64,000 nt of DNA from an uncultured Eubacteriales bacterium (GTDB taxonomy: Bacteria; Acidobacteriota; Aminicenantia; Aminicenantales; Aminicenantaceae): the NCBI GenBank assembly GCA_964633715.1, contig CAZWHQ010000012.1, positions 8,062 through 72,061 on the forward strand, in the 5' to 3' direction. Positions within the stretch are counted from its first letter, which is position 1. Each line of letters begins with the position of its first letter. The translations under genes were made by a program, and so were the position numbers. Below, one piece after another: positions 18,615 through 28,150 of the stretch. The notes beneath the pieces are model-generated. The model was not told the origin of the DNA, ran no database searches, and saw only the letters and a program-made list of their open reading frames with translations.

Positions 18615-21353
18615 CTTGAGAGAATGGATCGGTCTTATCATGTACTCTTCCATATCCGGATATATCAAACAGCATCCTCGGCTTTCCCGGAATAATGTCT
18701 GGATAAGATTGAATATCAACGACCCATACATGGCTTTCGTTTGTATAGAAAAGATGTCTTCCATCCCCTGCCCAAAGCGGTTGGTATCCTCCATTTAGGG
18801 ATATCTTCTGACGGCCACCATCTGGACTCAATGACTGAACATAGACTTCATAAATTCCCGTTTCATTTGAGCGATATGCAAGCCAAAGGCCATCAGGAGA
18901 AAACTAGGGATATTTGAGATTAAAATTCGACGGCGAGAAAGGTTTTGCGCTCTTGTTCAGGATATCAAAAAGGAAAGCGGTATTGGAATCTCCTTGAATT
19001 TCCACAAACGTCAGCAAATCCCCTTCAGGAGACCATGAACCAGAATATTTTTCAGTATCATTTTTATAAAGAAGTTCCATCTTTTCGCCATCAGCTTGAA
19101 TTAAGTAAAGGTCAGATGCTACAGACTGAATCCAACTGAAGGCAAGCTGCTTTCCATCTGGAGGAACCCAATTCACATAAGAAGCCACCCCCTCCGATGT
19201 TAACATGGTTGGGATATCTCGAGTGAGGTCATATACCCACAACCGTGGTTCGAGCCCCAAGGTCGTATAGGCAATCTTCTGACCATCAGGAGAAAGCCGG
19301 GGAGCAAAAAAATGTCCCTCTAAAGAGCCTATCGGTTGTTCTGTACCCATCTGATCCACCCAAACAAGGGAGTTTTTCTTGTCAGGGATAATTCCACCAG
19401 CTACATATACCAACTCTCCTGAATTTGAAATGCTGAATAATCCGGAGCCAATATCGGAAAAGAGATTCCCAAAGTTTAACGCCTGCATTACCCCAGAGAC
19501 GATCGGGACAGCACGTCCGATATTTTCAGGTTTATTAATGTCAAAAGGAACAACCATCAGAGTCCCCTGACGAATGAAGATAATATGTCCCGTCTGGATA
19601 TATCGGGCATCTGAGCCGTCCTTCAACAAAATCCTCCACTGATGGGTTTCGGGATCTAAAAAACCTATATCAGGATAGGGCTCATTTTTGGGGTACATGA
19701 TGGTAAATAGAATCCCTTTTCCCAAAGGAAGGACGTGAGGAAGCCGATGGCTGACTTCCTCCCGATTGCGATCTGGTATTGTCAATGGCTCCGTTTCACC
19801 GCTTCCAGCAGAAATGCTGGAAAGCCCTTTATCCCAATCCGAAGAAAATACGATCATTCCATCATCCCCCCAACTGACTCCAAAGGGCCGGGAGACTTCA
19901 CATAATTCCTGGGGGATGCCTCCTCCAACCTGCACCTTCCAGAGTTTATTTTCTGCCCAAAAGCCAACCCACTTGTCATCAGGAGACAGGAATGGGCTGC
20001 CTCCCCCTTCTGTTCCGGCGATGGGAGTAGCTTCCAGTTCGTCAAGTTGTCTAATAAAAAGCTGAGGTATTCGATTTGGTTCGCCATCATCCTTGAGCGC
20101 ACTATAAACAAGGAAATTTCCGTCCCGGGAAATGGCCATGGCAGTCCTGGTTGGCCGTTTAAGAGAATTAATTCTGTACGATCCCCCAAGGGAGTATCCC
20201 GGCCCTAACTTGATCACAGATCGAACTTGTAAAGTAGATAGTTCAATATTGGTAGATCTTTTCACCAAGGAACCGATAAGAATACCTGTAAGGATTAAAA
20301 CTGTTCCGCCTGCGATCATCCAGGCTATTGGAAAACGCTGCTTGGCAGAAAAATCTTCAGTAGGCAGGTCGGCCGGTTCAGCAATCTCGATCCGGGCGTC
20401 AGCAATATCGTGGAGACGCATCCTGGGGTCCTTCTGTAAACATCGGCGAAGAAGCGCCCTTATCCCTCGGGAAGTATTTGATGGAAGTACTGTCCAGTCT
20501 GGTTCGCCCTTTAAGACAAGAGCTAGAGTGTCTGATAGGGTTTCTCCTTGAAGCGGCCGTTTTCCTGATAGACATTCATAAAGTACACTTCCAAAGCCCC
20601 AATGTCAGTCCTTTTATCAACTGCATGGCTCCTGGCTTGCTCTGGGCTCATATAGGCAGCTGTGCCTAAAATAATGCCTGGCTGGGTCATCCGGTCTGTA
20701 AGAGTTGGGGACTTGGAGAGGTCAGTCGCTTTAGGTTCCTCTTGGAAGACTTTTGCCAATCCAAAATCGAGGATCTTAACCTTGCCTTCTGGAGATATCA
20801 TTATGTTTCCCGGTTTTAGATCCCGGTGGATGATTCCTTTTTCATGGGCCGATTCAAGACCCTCCGCTATCTGGCTGCATATTTCAAGAGCCTCGTCCAT
20901 AGGAAGCGGTCCTTTAATTATTCTTTCGGCTAAGGTTTTTCCTTCCACTAATTCCATCACAAGGAACTGCTGTCCATTAGACTTCTCAAGTCCATGGATT
21001 GTCGCGATGTTTTGATGGTTGAGCGATGCCAGTAGTCGGGCTTCCCTTTCGAACCGAGCCAATCGTTCCTTATCCAAAGCAAACGGTTGGGGGAGAACTT
21101 TGACGGCAACCTGACGTTTCAGGCTTGTGTCTTCTGCCAGGTAGACTTCTCCCATTCCTCCCTTACCTAGTTCGCTGATGATTTCGTATCTATTTGCTAA
21201 AGATGTTCCTGGCTTGAATTGAGGATAGGGAGTTTTAATAGTCTTTGTAACTTCAGGAGTATTGATTGACGAACTTAGGTCAGTCCCACAATCACCACAG
21301 AAATTCTTTGTATCAGGATTATCGGTATGACATTTCGGGCATTCGGTTCCCAT
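18601..21353 (-). pseudogene. Kinase 3: zinc-ribbon / Ser-Thr kinase / TM / TolB-like beta-propeller, disrupted by a -1 frameshift near 20605 and an in-frame TAG at 18904-18906
   Basis: Frame A (20523..21353) has the CPKCHTDNP zinc ribbon and kinase subdomains I-IX. The next reading frame continues with HWGFGSVLYECLSGKRPLQGET...CLQKDPRMRLHDIADARIEI (subdomains IX-XI) into the 505-aa ORF. Restoring one T in a homopolymer gives DIWGFGSV. After the TAG at 18904-18906 the same frame continues with FSPDGLWLAYRSNETGIYEV... to 18601. Confidence 0.75.
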
Positions 21354-21377
21354 CGTTCCTCTTTGCTATAGCGACAT

Positions 21378-21408
21378 AAGGATATAAATTTTAGTGAGCG
21401 GGTGTCAA
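21378..21408 (-). promoter_or_regulatory. Conserved kinase-paralog promoter element (copy upstream of kinase 3)
   Basis: AAGGATATAAATT-N11-GGTGTCAA on the plus strand, equivalent to TTGACACC…AATTTATATCCTT on the coding strand. Confidence 0.5.
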
Positions 21409-21521
21409 ATGAGAATACCGGCTCTAAATATTGTTAGGAAACAACCCCTTTCCAAAACATATGGGAAAAAATCAATTATCTCATTCAGAAATGCAGAAAA
21501 GAATTTCCCCGTTAAGATATA

Positions 21522-22052
21522 TCATTGAATGCCAGGAACTAGAGCACTTTTGCTTAGTTTCTCCAGAGTTTTTTGGATTTCCGCATCTGATTTTCCTTGA
21601 ATTTGAATCTTTTTATTAATCCCTAAAACCGTTCCAAGCACTGCACCAGCGACTCCGCCAATAGCTCCAAATGTGATATATTTTTGATTAGGCTCAAAAG
21701 ACCTAGATTGACTTTTTGTGGCTGACCCATAGAGTATGCCAGCTAACACTCCATAAATACCCACTTGCAATACCCTAGATTTTGTCACAATCGTGATCAT
21801 TTCCACTTCCTTTATCAGTATCTGCGATGAAATATCTGCATTTATTTCTGCAGACATTAACAATAACGAATCCTTTTTAACAGTGATGAGTTCACCTGTT
21901 ACTTGTTGACCATCATTTTTCTGAATCCTCAGTTTGGCTCCTTTTCTTACACTTCTGGACAAGTCTTGTGCCATCAAATTCCATGAAAACGCCACTAAAG
22001 AAAGAACAAGCAGCAGTGAAACGATTCCTTTTCTTTTTTCTCCTATAAGCAT
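21522..22052 (-). CDS. Secreted small protein with C-terminal glycine-zipper motif
   Basis: Start at ATG 22052 with a perfect AAGGAG RBS. Signal peptide MLIGEKRKGIVSLLLVLSLVAFSWNLMAQ. C-terminus AIGGVAGAVLGTVLG. It lies between kinases 2 and 3 on the same strand. Confidence 0.6.
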   Translation of the reverse strand: MLIGEKRKGIVSLLLVLSLVAFSWNLMAQDLSRSVRKGAKLRIQKNDGQQVTGELITVKKDSLLLMSAEINADISSQILIKEVEMITIVTKSRVLQVGIYGVLAGILYGSATKSQSRSFEPNQKYITFGAIGGVAGAVLGTVLGINKKIQIQGKSDAEIQKTLEKLSKSALVPGIQ

Positions 22053-22114
22053 TGAACTGTCTCCTTTGTGGATATACATGAAAAGTTAGAGCACCAAGCT
22101 CGGTAAACCTAAAT

Positions 22115-25100
22115 TCATTCTTTCAACCCAGCCAGTCTCTGCTTCGCGTCATCGACTTCAGGGAGGCCGGGATCGGCGTCTTTCCAGAGGTCTAGGAATT
22201 TCTCGTAATTCTCGATGGCAATGGTTTTGTCGCCCTGTTGTTCGTGAATCTTACCGAGCATATAAAAAGCCTTAGCATAAATATTGCCCCAATAAAGCCT
22301 GCCCCATGTCAAGGAAATTATCGTTTCATAATTCTCTTGGGCATTCTCTAAGTCTCCCGCCTTAAAGTTGGCAAAAGCCAAGGAATCGTAAAATAAAGCA
22401 TCAAATGTAGAGTGACCAGATTTTTGAGAGGGTAAAACGGACAATGTTTTCTTAAAATATTCAACAGCAAGCGAATAGTTGTTTTTCTTTTGCTCTATTC
22501 CTCCTTGCAAATGATAATAAAATCTTATGATTTTTTTGTATATTCCATTCTCAATAAATTCTTTTAGTTCATCTGCTGTTTCCTGAGCTTTATCAATAGA
22601 ATTCATCCCAATGTAGGCAAGTCCCTTCTGCCAAAGAGCGACTCTTTGCCTAGAAAGGCTTTCCGTCTCCAAGGCAAAATCCAAATACTTCTCATTTTCT
22701 TTCAAAGCTGAGCTAAAATCTCCAATTGAAAGATAATGTTCGCACAAATAAAGATGAGTATAGGATTCAGCTGAAGCATTTGAAGCTTGAATCGATAACT
22801 CACGCCTCTTTTCAATTTGTTCTTTTGATTCTCTAAATTTCCCTTCAGCCCGATATAATAATGACAAGCGGAACATACTTCCCCTAACATAGCCTTCATT
22901 CGAAGTATCGGCAAGTTTTTGGAATTCTTTTTCTGCTTCTAAAAAATCTCCTTTCAACAAGTAAATATCTCCAAAATAATAATAAATCCCATGATAAGTT
23001 GGGTCGAGGGAAAAGGCTTTGTTTGCTTCATTCAATGCAAGGTCAAATTCTCCCTGAGAAGCATAAATAGTGGATATTCGTCTGCGAAGAAATGCAGAAT
23101 CGGAAAAGCTTTTGGTATAATCTTCAAGTATTTCTCTGGCTTTATCATAAAGTCCTTTAGCTTCATACATAATTGACATTCCATTGTAGGTAACAGTAGA
23201 AGAGACTTTTTGCTTCATGTTCGCTTCATATGGTTTGATAGCCTTATCCCATTCTTCTATTTGAGAATATACCCATGCCAGGTTACTATTCGCCATCCTA
23301 TCATCAGGATAGAGTTCTAGTAGTTTGATATAAGCTTCAATACTTTTATCAAAGGTCTTCTCTGAAACATTGTAGAAATCTCCTTCGATGATATACCGCT
23401 CTCGCTCCGATATACGTTCTCTCAGTTCAAAAGCTTTCTGGATATAAACTTTTTCTTTATCTAAATTACGAAGATTGTAGGAAGCTGCTGCCATACTTCT
23501 GTAGGCCATTGCAATTCCTGGATCAAGGTCGACAGCTTTCTCCATAATTGCTATGCTATTCTCCCATTCCCGATTGCGAAAAAATTCTCTACCCTTGCTG
23601 TAAAACTTAAAAGCTTCAGGTATTGCGGTTGTAATTTCCCTTAACTCTTTGTTGATATCCTCTGCTATTAGTCTTGGAGATAGATCCAGGTCTGACTTGA
23701 TCTGGTTTGACACCTCGTCTACTTTGGAAATGATCTCTTCTTCTCCAATACATTCAATACGCAAAGAGTTTATAACCTCACCTGTCTGCTGACTTTGAAG
23801 CGATAAAGTGATGATGATGTTTTGCCCGGGTTTCAAGATGCTTCCACTTAAAGTGTGGGAAGCTCTTCCTTCGCTTGCAACTTTTACGAGATCTTCTTTG
23901 GTATATTTTTTGCCCTCATCCAGATTGAGCTTCTTTAAGATACTGTAGACCGTGTTTCCGTCTAACACATTGATGTATTTTGATTGAGCAAGCTTTATGA
24001 TGAGCAGTTCAGTGAGTCCCATTTCCCAGGCATCCAGGCTGCTATCGCTTGAGAGATTATCAAAGTAGAGGATAGCAAGGGATGGTTTTTCTGTTAGAGA
24101 TGGAATGAATTCTTTCTTTGGGATAAACTGCAAGATCATGAATGTGATGACGGCCAGAGCAATGATTCCAATTGTGGGGATTAGGAGTTTTTTTACTTTG
24201 AACTTTACTGTTATCTCCTTTGAAGTTACCGACTTTTTTTTCGATACAATCCTGTCAGTAGTAGGAATTCCTTTCTCAATATTCTCTAATTCAGACCGTA
24301 ATTCTTCTGCACTCTGATAACGGTTTTCCCTATCTTTTTCTAGACATTTCAAAATCAACTGGTTGAAGTCGTCTGGGATTCGCTCATTAAAATTCTTGGG
24401 AGCTTTTGGAGTTTCAGTCCTTTGTTTGACTCCAACAGTAATAGCGGAATCCCCTTCAAAGGGCACCCTGTCTGTCAGCATTTTGTAGAGGATAATTCCT
24501 AGAGAATAAATATCCGATCTCTGATCGACATCTTTTCCTTCAACTTGCTCAGGTGACATATATTCTGGAGTACCGATTATGGCTCCAGATCCTGTAATGC
24601 TTTTTCCTTTGACAGCCCTGGCAATACCAAAGTCCATAATCCTTACGTTCCCGCCCCTGTCGATCATGATATTGTTGGGTTTAAGGTCTCTGTGGATTAT
24701 CCCAAGGCTGTGTGCTTCCTTGAGTCCAGCACAAATTTGCTTGGCAATTGAAACGGCTTTTCCAACCGTAAGTTGTCCTGTCTGGCGAATCAATCCTTTT
24801 AAATCCTGTCCAGAGATGTATTCCATGGTGATGTAGTGGAGGTTCTTCTCTTCCCCCAAATCAAACATCGCACAGACATTCTTGTGCCTTATCTTTCGTG
24901 CAAACTTAAGTTCATTCCTGAATCGTTCAATAGTTTTTTTATCTGCTGCAATTTCAGGTTTGATGAGCTTTAAAGCAACTTCTTCTTTGACCTTAGTATC
25001 TTCTACTCTATAAACTTTACCCATCCCTCCTTTACCCAGTTCTTCGATAATTTCGTACCTGTCAACGAAAGTACTTCCGCGAGTTAATGCTTCCGTAGAA

Positions 25101-25219
25101 GTTTCATATGTTTTGGTGAGGACTCCCTCTCTTGCATCAGGAAGAGGAGTGTCACACTCACCACAGAATTTCTGAGAATCAGGATTATCTGTGTGACACT
25201 TAGGGCATGTTGTGCTCAT
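22115..25219 (-). CDS. Zinc-ribbon / Ser-Thr protein kinase / TM / TPR-repeat sensor (kinase 2), paralog of kinase 1
   Basis: CPKCHTDNP...CGEC. Kinase motifs GKGGMGKVYRV, HRDLKPNNIMID, DFGIAR and GTPEYMSPEQ. A TM segment and a long TPR region. The C-terminus DLWKDADPG..DAKQRLAGLKE parallels kinase 1. Confidence 0.9.
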   Translation of the reverse strand: MSTTCPKCHTDNPDSQKFCGECDTPLPDAREGVLTKTYETSTEALTRGSTFVDRYEIIEELGKGGMGKVYRVEDTKVKEEVALKLIKPEIAADKKTIERFRNELKFARKIRHKNVCAMFDLGEEKNLHYITMEYISGQDLKGLIRQTGQLTVGKAVSIAKQICAGLKEAHSLGIIHRDLKPNNIMIDRGGNVRIMDFGIARAVKGKSITGSGAIIGTPEYMSPEQVEGKDVDQRSDIYSLGIILYKMLTDRVPFEGDSAITVGVKQRTETPKAPKNFNERIPDDFNQLILKCLEKDRENRYQSAEELRSELENIEKGIPTTDRIVSKKKSVTSKEITVKFKVKKLLIPTIGIIALAVITFMILQFIPKKEFIPSLTEKPSLAILYFDNLSSDSSLDAWEMGLTELLIIKLAQSKYINVLDGNTVYSILKKLNLDEGKKYTKEDLVKVASEGRASHTLSGSILKPGQNIIITLSLQSQQTGEVINSLRIECIGEEEIISKVDEVSNQIKSDLDLSPRLIAEDINKELREITTAIPEAFKFYSKGREFFRNREWENSIAIMEKAVDLDPGIAMAYRSMAAASYNLRNLDKEKVYIQKAFELRERISERERYIIEGDFYNVSEKTFDKSIEAYIKLLELYPDDRMANSNLAWVYSQIEEWDKAIKPYEANMKQKVSSTVTYNGMSIMYEAKGLYDKAREILEDYTKSFSDSAFLRRRISTIYASQGEFDLALNEANKAFSLDPTYHGIYYYFGDIYLLKGDFLEAEKEFQKLADTSNEGYVRGSMFRLSLLYRAEGKFRESKEQIEKRRELSIQASNASAESYTHLYLCEHYLSIGDFSSALKENEKYLDFALETESLSRQRVALWQKGLAYIGMNSIDKAQETADELKEFIENGIYKKIIRFYYHLQGGIEQKKNNYSLAVEYFKKTLSVLPSQKSGHSTFDALFYDSLAFANFKAGDLENAQENYETIISLTWGRLYWGNIYAKAFYMLGKIHEQQGDKTIAIENYEKFLDLWKDADPGLPEVDDAKQRLAGLKE

Positions 25220-25243
25220 CTTCCCTCCTACCTATGTGACAAT

Positions 25244-25272
25244 AGGGTATAAATTTAAGCGATGGGTGTCAA
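25244..25272 (-). promoter_or_regulatory. Conserved kinase-paralog promoter element (copy upstream of kinase 2)
   Basis: AGGGTATAAATTT-N10-GGTGTCAA is located about 25 nt upstream of the ATG at 25219, after an AGGAGGG RBS. Confidence 0.5.
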
Positions 25273-25439
25273 ACGGTAAAGATTACAGGGATTGAGAATT
25301 GGTCGGCAATCGATTCCAGACACACGATCCTAGGCTCAAAAAGGTATCTATGAGCACTTTTTGGATGGAAATGATGAAGAGGTAAGGGTATCCCCCTTAG
25401 AATTACAAGAAAATTAGAAACCACCCCTATAGTACATGT

Positions 25440-25520
25440 TTTGGAAAATAACGGGGAAACTTCAAAAAAGTGGAAAATTAGGGAAAAAATGGGAAATATA
25501 TGGGCGGGAGGTATGAAAAG
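25440..25520. repeat. Phased G-tract/A-tract repeats (GGGAAAA-like units every ~10-11 bp)
   Basis: ggaaaataac ggggaaacttcaaaaaa gtggaaaatta gggaaaaaat gggaaatatat gggcgggagg lies in the 460-bp intergenic region upstream of kinase 2. Only spurious ORFs are listed there. Confidence 0.4.
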
Positions 25521-25681
25521 AGTAACTCCCATTCCAAGGTACAAAATTCCCCATAGGGGGGGTCGTTTCTTCTGGTTGTGGCCCTTTTATCCTTGGCTGA
25601 TATGGGAACTGCTGTAGTGTACAATACAATGAGAAGGCAAAAAGAAAGGGCAAAGATTGGCGGTCTCCTTGCCCGTATGGG

Positions 25682-26344
25682 TTACTGTTTCAGTTGTTCA
25701 ATCAAATTCTGATTGCAGAGGACACAGGACAGGACAAGTCCTGCCTTGCCCCATACGTTGGCCCCGCATATCGGGCAAGTGTATTTTGTTCTCTGGCCTT
25801 GTTTTGTCGGTTGGGGGGTAGGTGGTGCTCCTGGTTCCTGGGGGTCAGGGCTTCCAAGGTTCTCAGTAAGGTATGGAAAGAAGCAATCCTCTGGAAGCTT
25901 TACGACTGCGTTCCATGTCGCCCCTTCTCTGATTATTGCTTGAGTGCAATTCTGCCCCGTGCACTTGGTGGGCTCTTTCACGTTGATGTTTTTCAATCCC
26001 AGATCGTGGGCTTTTGAAGCGAACTCCTGATTGTGATATCCGTTCCGGGTTTTCTTCCCGTGGTAATGTTGCCAGAGGTGTATCATTTCATGAACAAGTA
26101 CACCCATGAGGTGTACAATGTCTTTCGACTGCATGAGGTTTGCATTTAAAGCGATTTCTGAGACTTTGGCCCTGTTCTTAATCCATTTCTCTGCGACAAA
26201 ATATCCACCCAGGATATTGGCGTTTCGTGTCAATGACAGCATAGGGGTTTGAAGGATGCCCCCAAAAAGAGTTGAATTGAGATAGTCAAAAGAGTTCTGG
26301 AAGGCCGTCGATTGTTCGATGGTTGGTTTAATTGTAATGTTCAT
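25682..26344 (-). CDS. SprT-like zinc metalloprotease domain protein with C-terminal zinc ribbon
   Basis: HEMIHLWQ is an HExxH motif. The C-terminus has CPICGANVWGK…CVLC (a Cys4 ribbon). Confidence 0.6.
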   Translation of the reverse strand: MNITIKPTIEQSTAFQNSFDYLNSTLFGGILQTPMLSLTRNANILGGYFVAEKWIKNRAKVSEIALNANLMQSKDIVHLMGVLVHEMIHLWQHYHGKKTRNGYHNQEFASKAHDLGLKNINVKEPTKCTGQNCTQAIIREGATWNAVVKLPEDCFFPYLTENLGSPDPQEPGAPPTPQPTKQGQRTKYTCPICGANVWGKAGLVLSCVLCNQNLIEQLKQ

Positions 26345-26420
26345 TACATTCTATTCCTTTGTTTTTTGATTCTCGAGCGCGAGTCTTCGATGATATGGAT
26401 TTTATCTTCGTCGAAGTCGT

Positions 26421-26693
26421 CTAGAACGTAGGCGTTGGAAGGGCACCCTTTCTGACATAGATGTCTGCATTCCGGAGCCCGTAGCTTACTCTTTTAATCT
26501 TTTTAATTTTGGTATGTACTCCTTCGGTAAATGCATTTGTTGTTCGATTATCAAAGTAATTGAGTATCTGATTTTTCCATCTCCGCAGCATATTCCTCCA
26601 GCAGAGTATCGCACCATCATCTGAGACCCTCATGGCCGCAATCACCATATCTAAGACCTTCTCGCCTTGTTTGCGATCCTCTGCTCTGTACAT
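26421..26693 (-). mobile_element. ISL3-family transposase gene remnant (C-terminal ~90 codons only)
   Basis: …ILNYFDNRTTNAFTEGVHTKIKKIKRVSYGLRNADIYVRK is a typical ISL3 TnpA C-terminus (TNg.tEg.N.KIK.iKR..yG.RN). The N-terminal 300+ codons are missing and replaced by the palindrome. Confidence 0.7.
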
Positions 26694-26717
26694 CTCTCTC
26701 AGCTTCTCTTTGACCCA

Positions 26718-26830
26718 TTAATTGGGGACAGTCCCTACTTTTTATAATTGGGGACAGTCCCTACTTTTTAATTGAAAAAGTGGGGACTGTCCCCAATTAT
26801 AAAAAGTAGGGACTGTCCCCAATTAATTAA
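26718..26830. repeat. 113-bp near-perfect palindrome built from four copies of a 27-bp unit (two direct, then two inverted): BIME/MITE-like element
   Basis: TTAATTGGGGACAGTCCCTACTTTTTATAATTGGGGACAGTCCCTACTTTTTAATTG | AAAAAGTGGGGACTGTCCCCAATTATAAAAAGTAGGGACTGTCCCCAATTAATTAA. There is one mismatch between the arms. Each unit contains the mini-palindrome GGGGAC(A/T)GTCCCC. Confidence 0.85.
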
Positions 26831-26834
26831 GGTT

Positions 26835-26850
26835 GATGTCCCTCTTATTT
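26835..26850 (-). repeat. Inverted copy C of the REP-like unit directly after the dctM stop
   Basis: The minus strand reads TAA ATAAGAGGGACATC, compared with TGA ATTAGAGGGACATC at 9560. It continues straight into the palindrome. Confidence 0.6.
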
Positions 26851-28150
26851 AAAATCCGAATAGTCTCGGCAGGAACAAACTGATCTGAGGGATATAGGTA
26901 ACAATAAGAAGTGCTATAACCATGGCCAGATAGAGAGGGATCAGGGGTTTTAAAACTTTTGATATGCTCGTCCCGGCTATCCCGCAACCTACAAAAAGAA
27001 CACTCCCTACAGGTGGTGTACAGAGGCCGATGCAGAGATTTAAGACCAAAATGATGCCGAAATGAACGGGATCAACTCCCAGTTTGATCGCTACAGGCAG
27101 GAAGATAGGAGTAAATATTAGAACAGCGGGTGTGATGTCAATAAACGTCCCCATGATCAGCAAAAAAAGATTGATGATCAGAAGCACAACGATGGGTGAA
27201 TTCGAGAGGGATATTAAGGCAGAGCTGATCCCCTGAGGGATATTCTCGTAGGATATAAGCCAGGACATGGCCATTGAGGCTGCAACAAGAAGCAGGACCA
27301 CGGCTGTTGTCGTTGAAGAACCGAGCAGGATTTTAGGCAGTTCCCTCCATTTAATTTCTTTATACACAAGGACTGAGAGGATAAATGCGTACAGAACGGC
27401 AATAGCACTGGCTTCGGTGGCCGTAAAATACCCTCCAACAATACCACCAATGACAAGAATGATCATAAAGAGGCTTGGTAGAGCATCGAAAAATTTGAGC
27501 CACGCTTCCTTGAACTTGACTCGATCAAAGGTTGGATAGTTTCGTCTGAAAGCAATCGCTCCTGACACAGCCATCAGGGAGACTCCGATGAGAATACCGG
27601 GGAGATATCCAGCAAGGAAGAGAGCTCCAATCGACACACCTCCAGACGCGAGTGAATAGACAATCAAAATATTGCTGGGAGGAATAATAAGTCCTGTTGT
27701 AGCTGAGGTGATATTGACGGCTGCACTGTAGTTCAGATCGTATCCTTCTTTTTTCATCATAGGAATCATAAATCCGCCAATCGCGGCAGATGTGGCGACA
27801 GCTGATCCGGAAATGGAACCAAAAAGCATCGCTGCCATAGTGTGCACAAAGGCCAAACCTCCAGGCAGCATCCCCACAAATACTTTTGCGAATTCTATCA
27901 ATCGTCTGGCAATCCCTCCCCTGTTCATGAGCTGACCTGAGAGGATAAAAAAAGGTATAGCGAGAAGAGCGAAACTGTCTAATCCAGTGGCCATCCTCTG
28001 GGCGACCGTTGTCAGAGCAGGCCCCATTTTTATCCCGAGCAGTAAAGTGGACACCGTCGCCAGACCAATACTAAAGGATATGGGTACGCCTATCAGAAGG
28101 AGAAAAATAAAACTTATTGCGAGGACTAAGATATGAAGGACTTCCATCAC
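26849..28150 (-). CDS. dctM: TRAP transporter large permease subunit
   Basis: 433 aa, polytopic, typical DctM length and hydrophobicity. 4-nt overlap with dctQ. Confidence 0.9.
   Translation of the reverse strand: MMEVLHILVLAISFIFLLLIGVPISFSIGLATVSTLLLGIKMGPALTTVAQRMATGLDSFALLAIPFFILSGQLMNRGGIARRLIEFAKVFVGMLPGGLAFVHTMAAMLFGSISGSAVATSAAIGGFMIPMMKKEGYDLNYSAAVNITSATTGLIIPPSNILIVYSLASGGVSIGALFLAGYLPGILIGVSLMAVSGAIAFRRNYPTFDRVKFKEAWLKFFDALPSLFMIILVIGGIVGGYFTATEASAIAVLYAFILSVLVYKEIKWRELPKILLGSSTTTAVVLLLVAASMAMSWLISYENIPQGISSALISLSNSPIVVLLIINLFLLIMGTFIDITPAVLIFTPIFLPVAIKLGVDPVHFGIILVLNLCIGLCTPPVGSVLFVGCGIAGTSISKVLKPLIPLYLAMVIALLIVTYIPQISLFLPRLFGF

Noticed and set aside
18615-18794. N-terminal half of the listed 18414..18794 ORF
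   Set aside because: Only the last ~65 codons resemble IS91 transposase. The upstream part is an out-of-frame reading of the kinase-3 beta-propeller tail.
18904-18906. In-frame TAG in kinase 3 as evidence of stop-codon reassignment
   Set aside because: TAG terminates several clearly complete genes in the window (permease, porin, ISL3 remnant). A single internal TAG in an already frameshifted gene is better explained by decay or error.
25269-25653. Two small minus-strand ORFs in the kinase-2 upstream region
   Set aside because: They lie in a G/A-tract repetitive intergenic segment, have no RBS or homology, and overlap each other.
26718-26830. Possibility that the direct repeats are a CRISPR array
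   Set aside because: There are only two direct copies per arm with no unique spacers, and the two arms are mutually inverted. It is a palindrome, not a repeat-spacer array, and there are no cas genes nearby.
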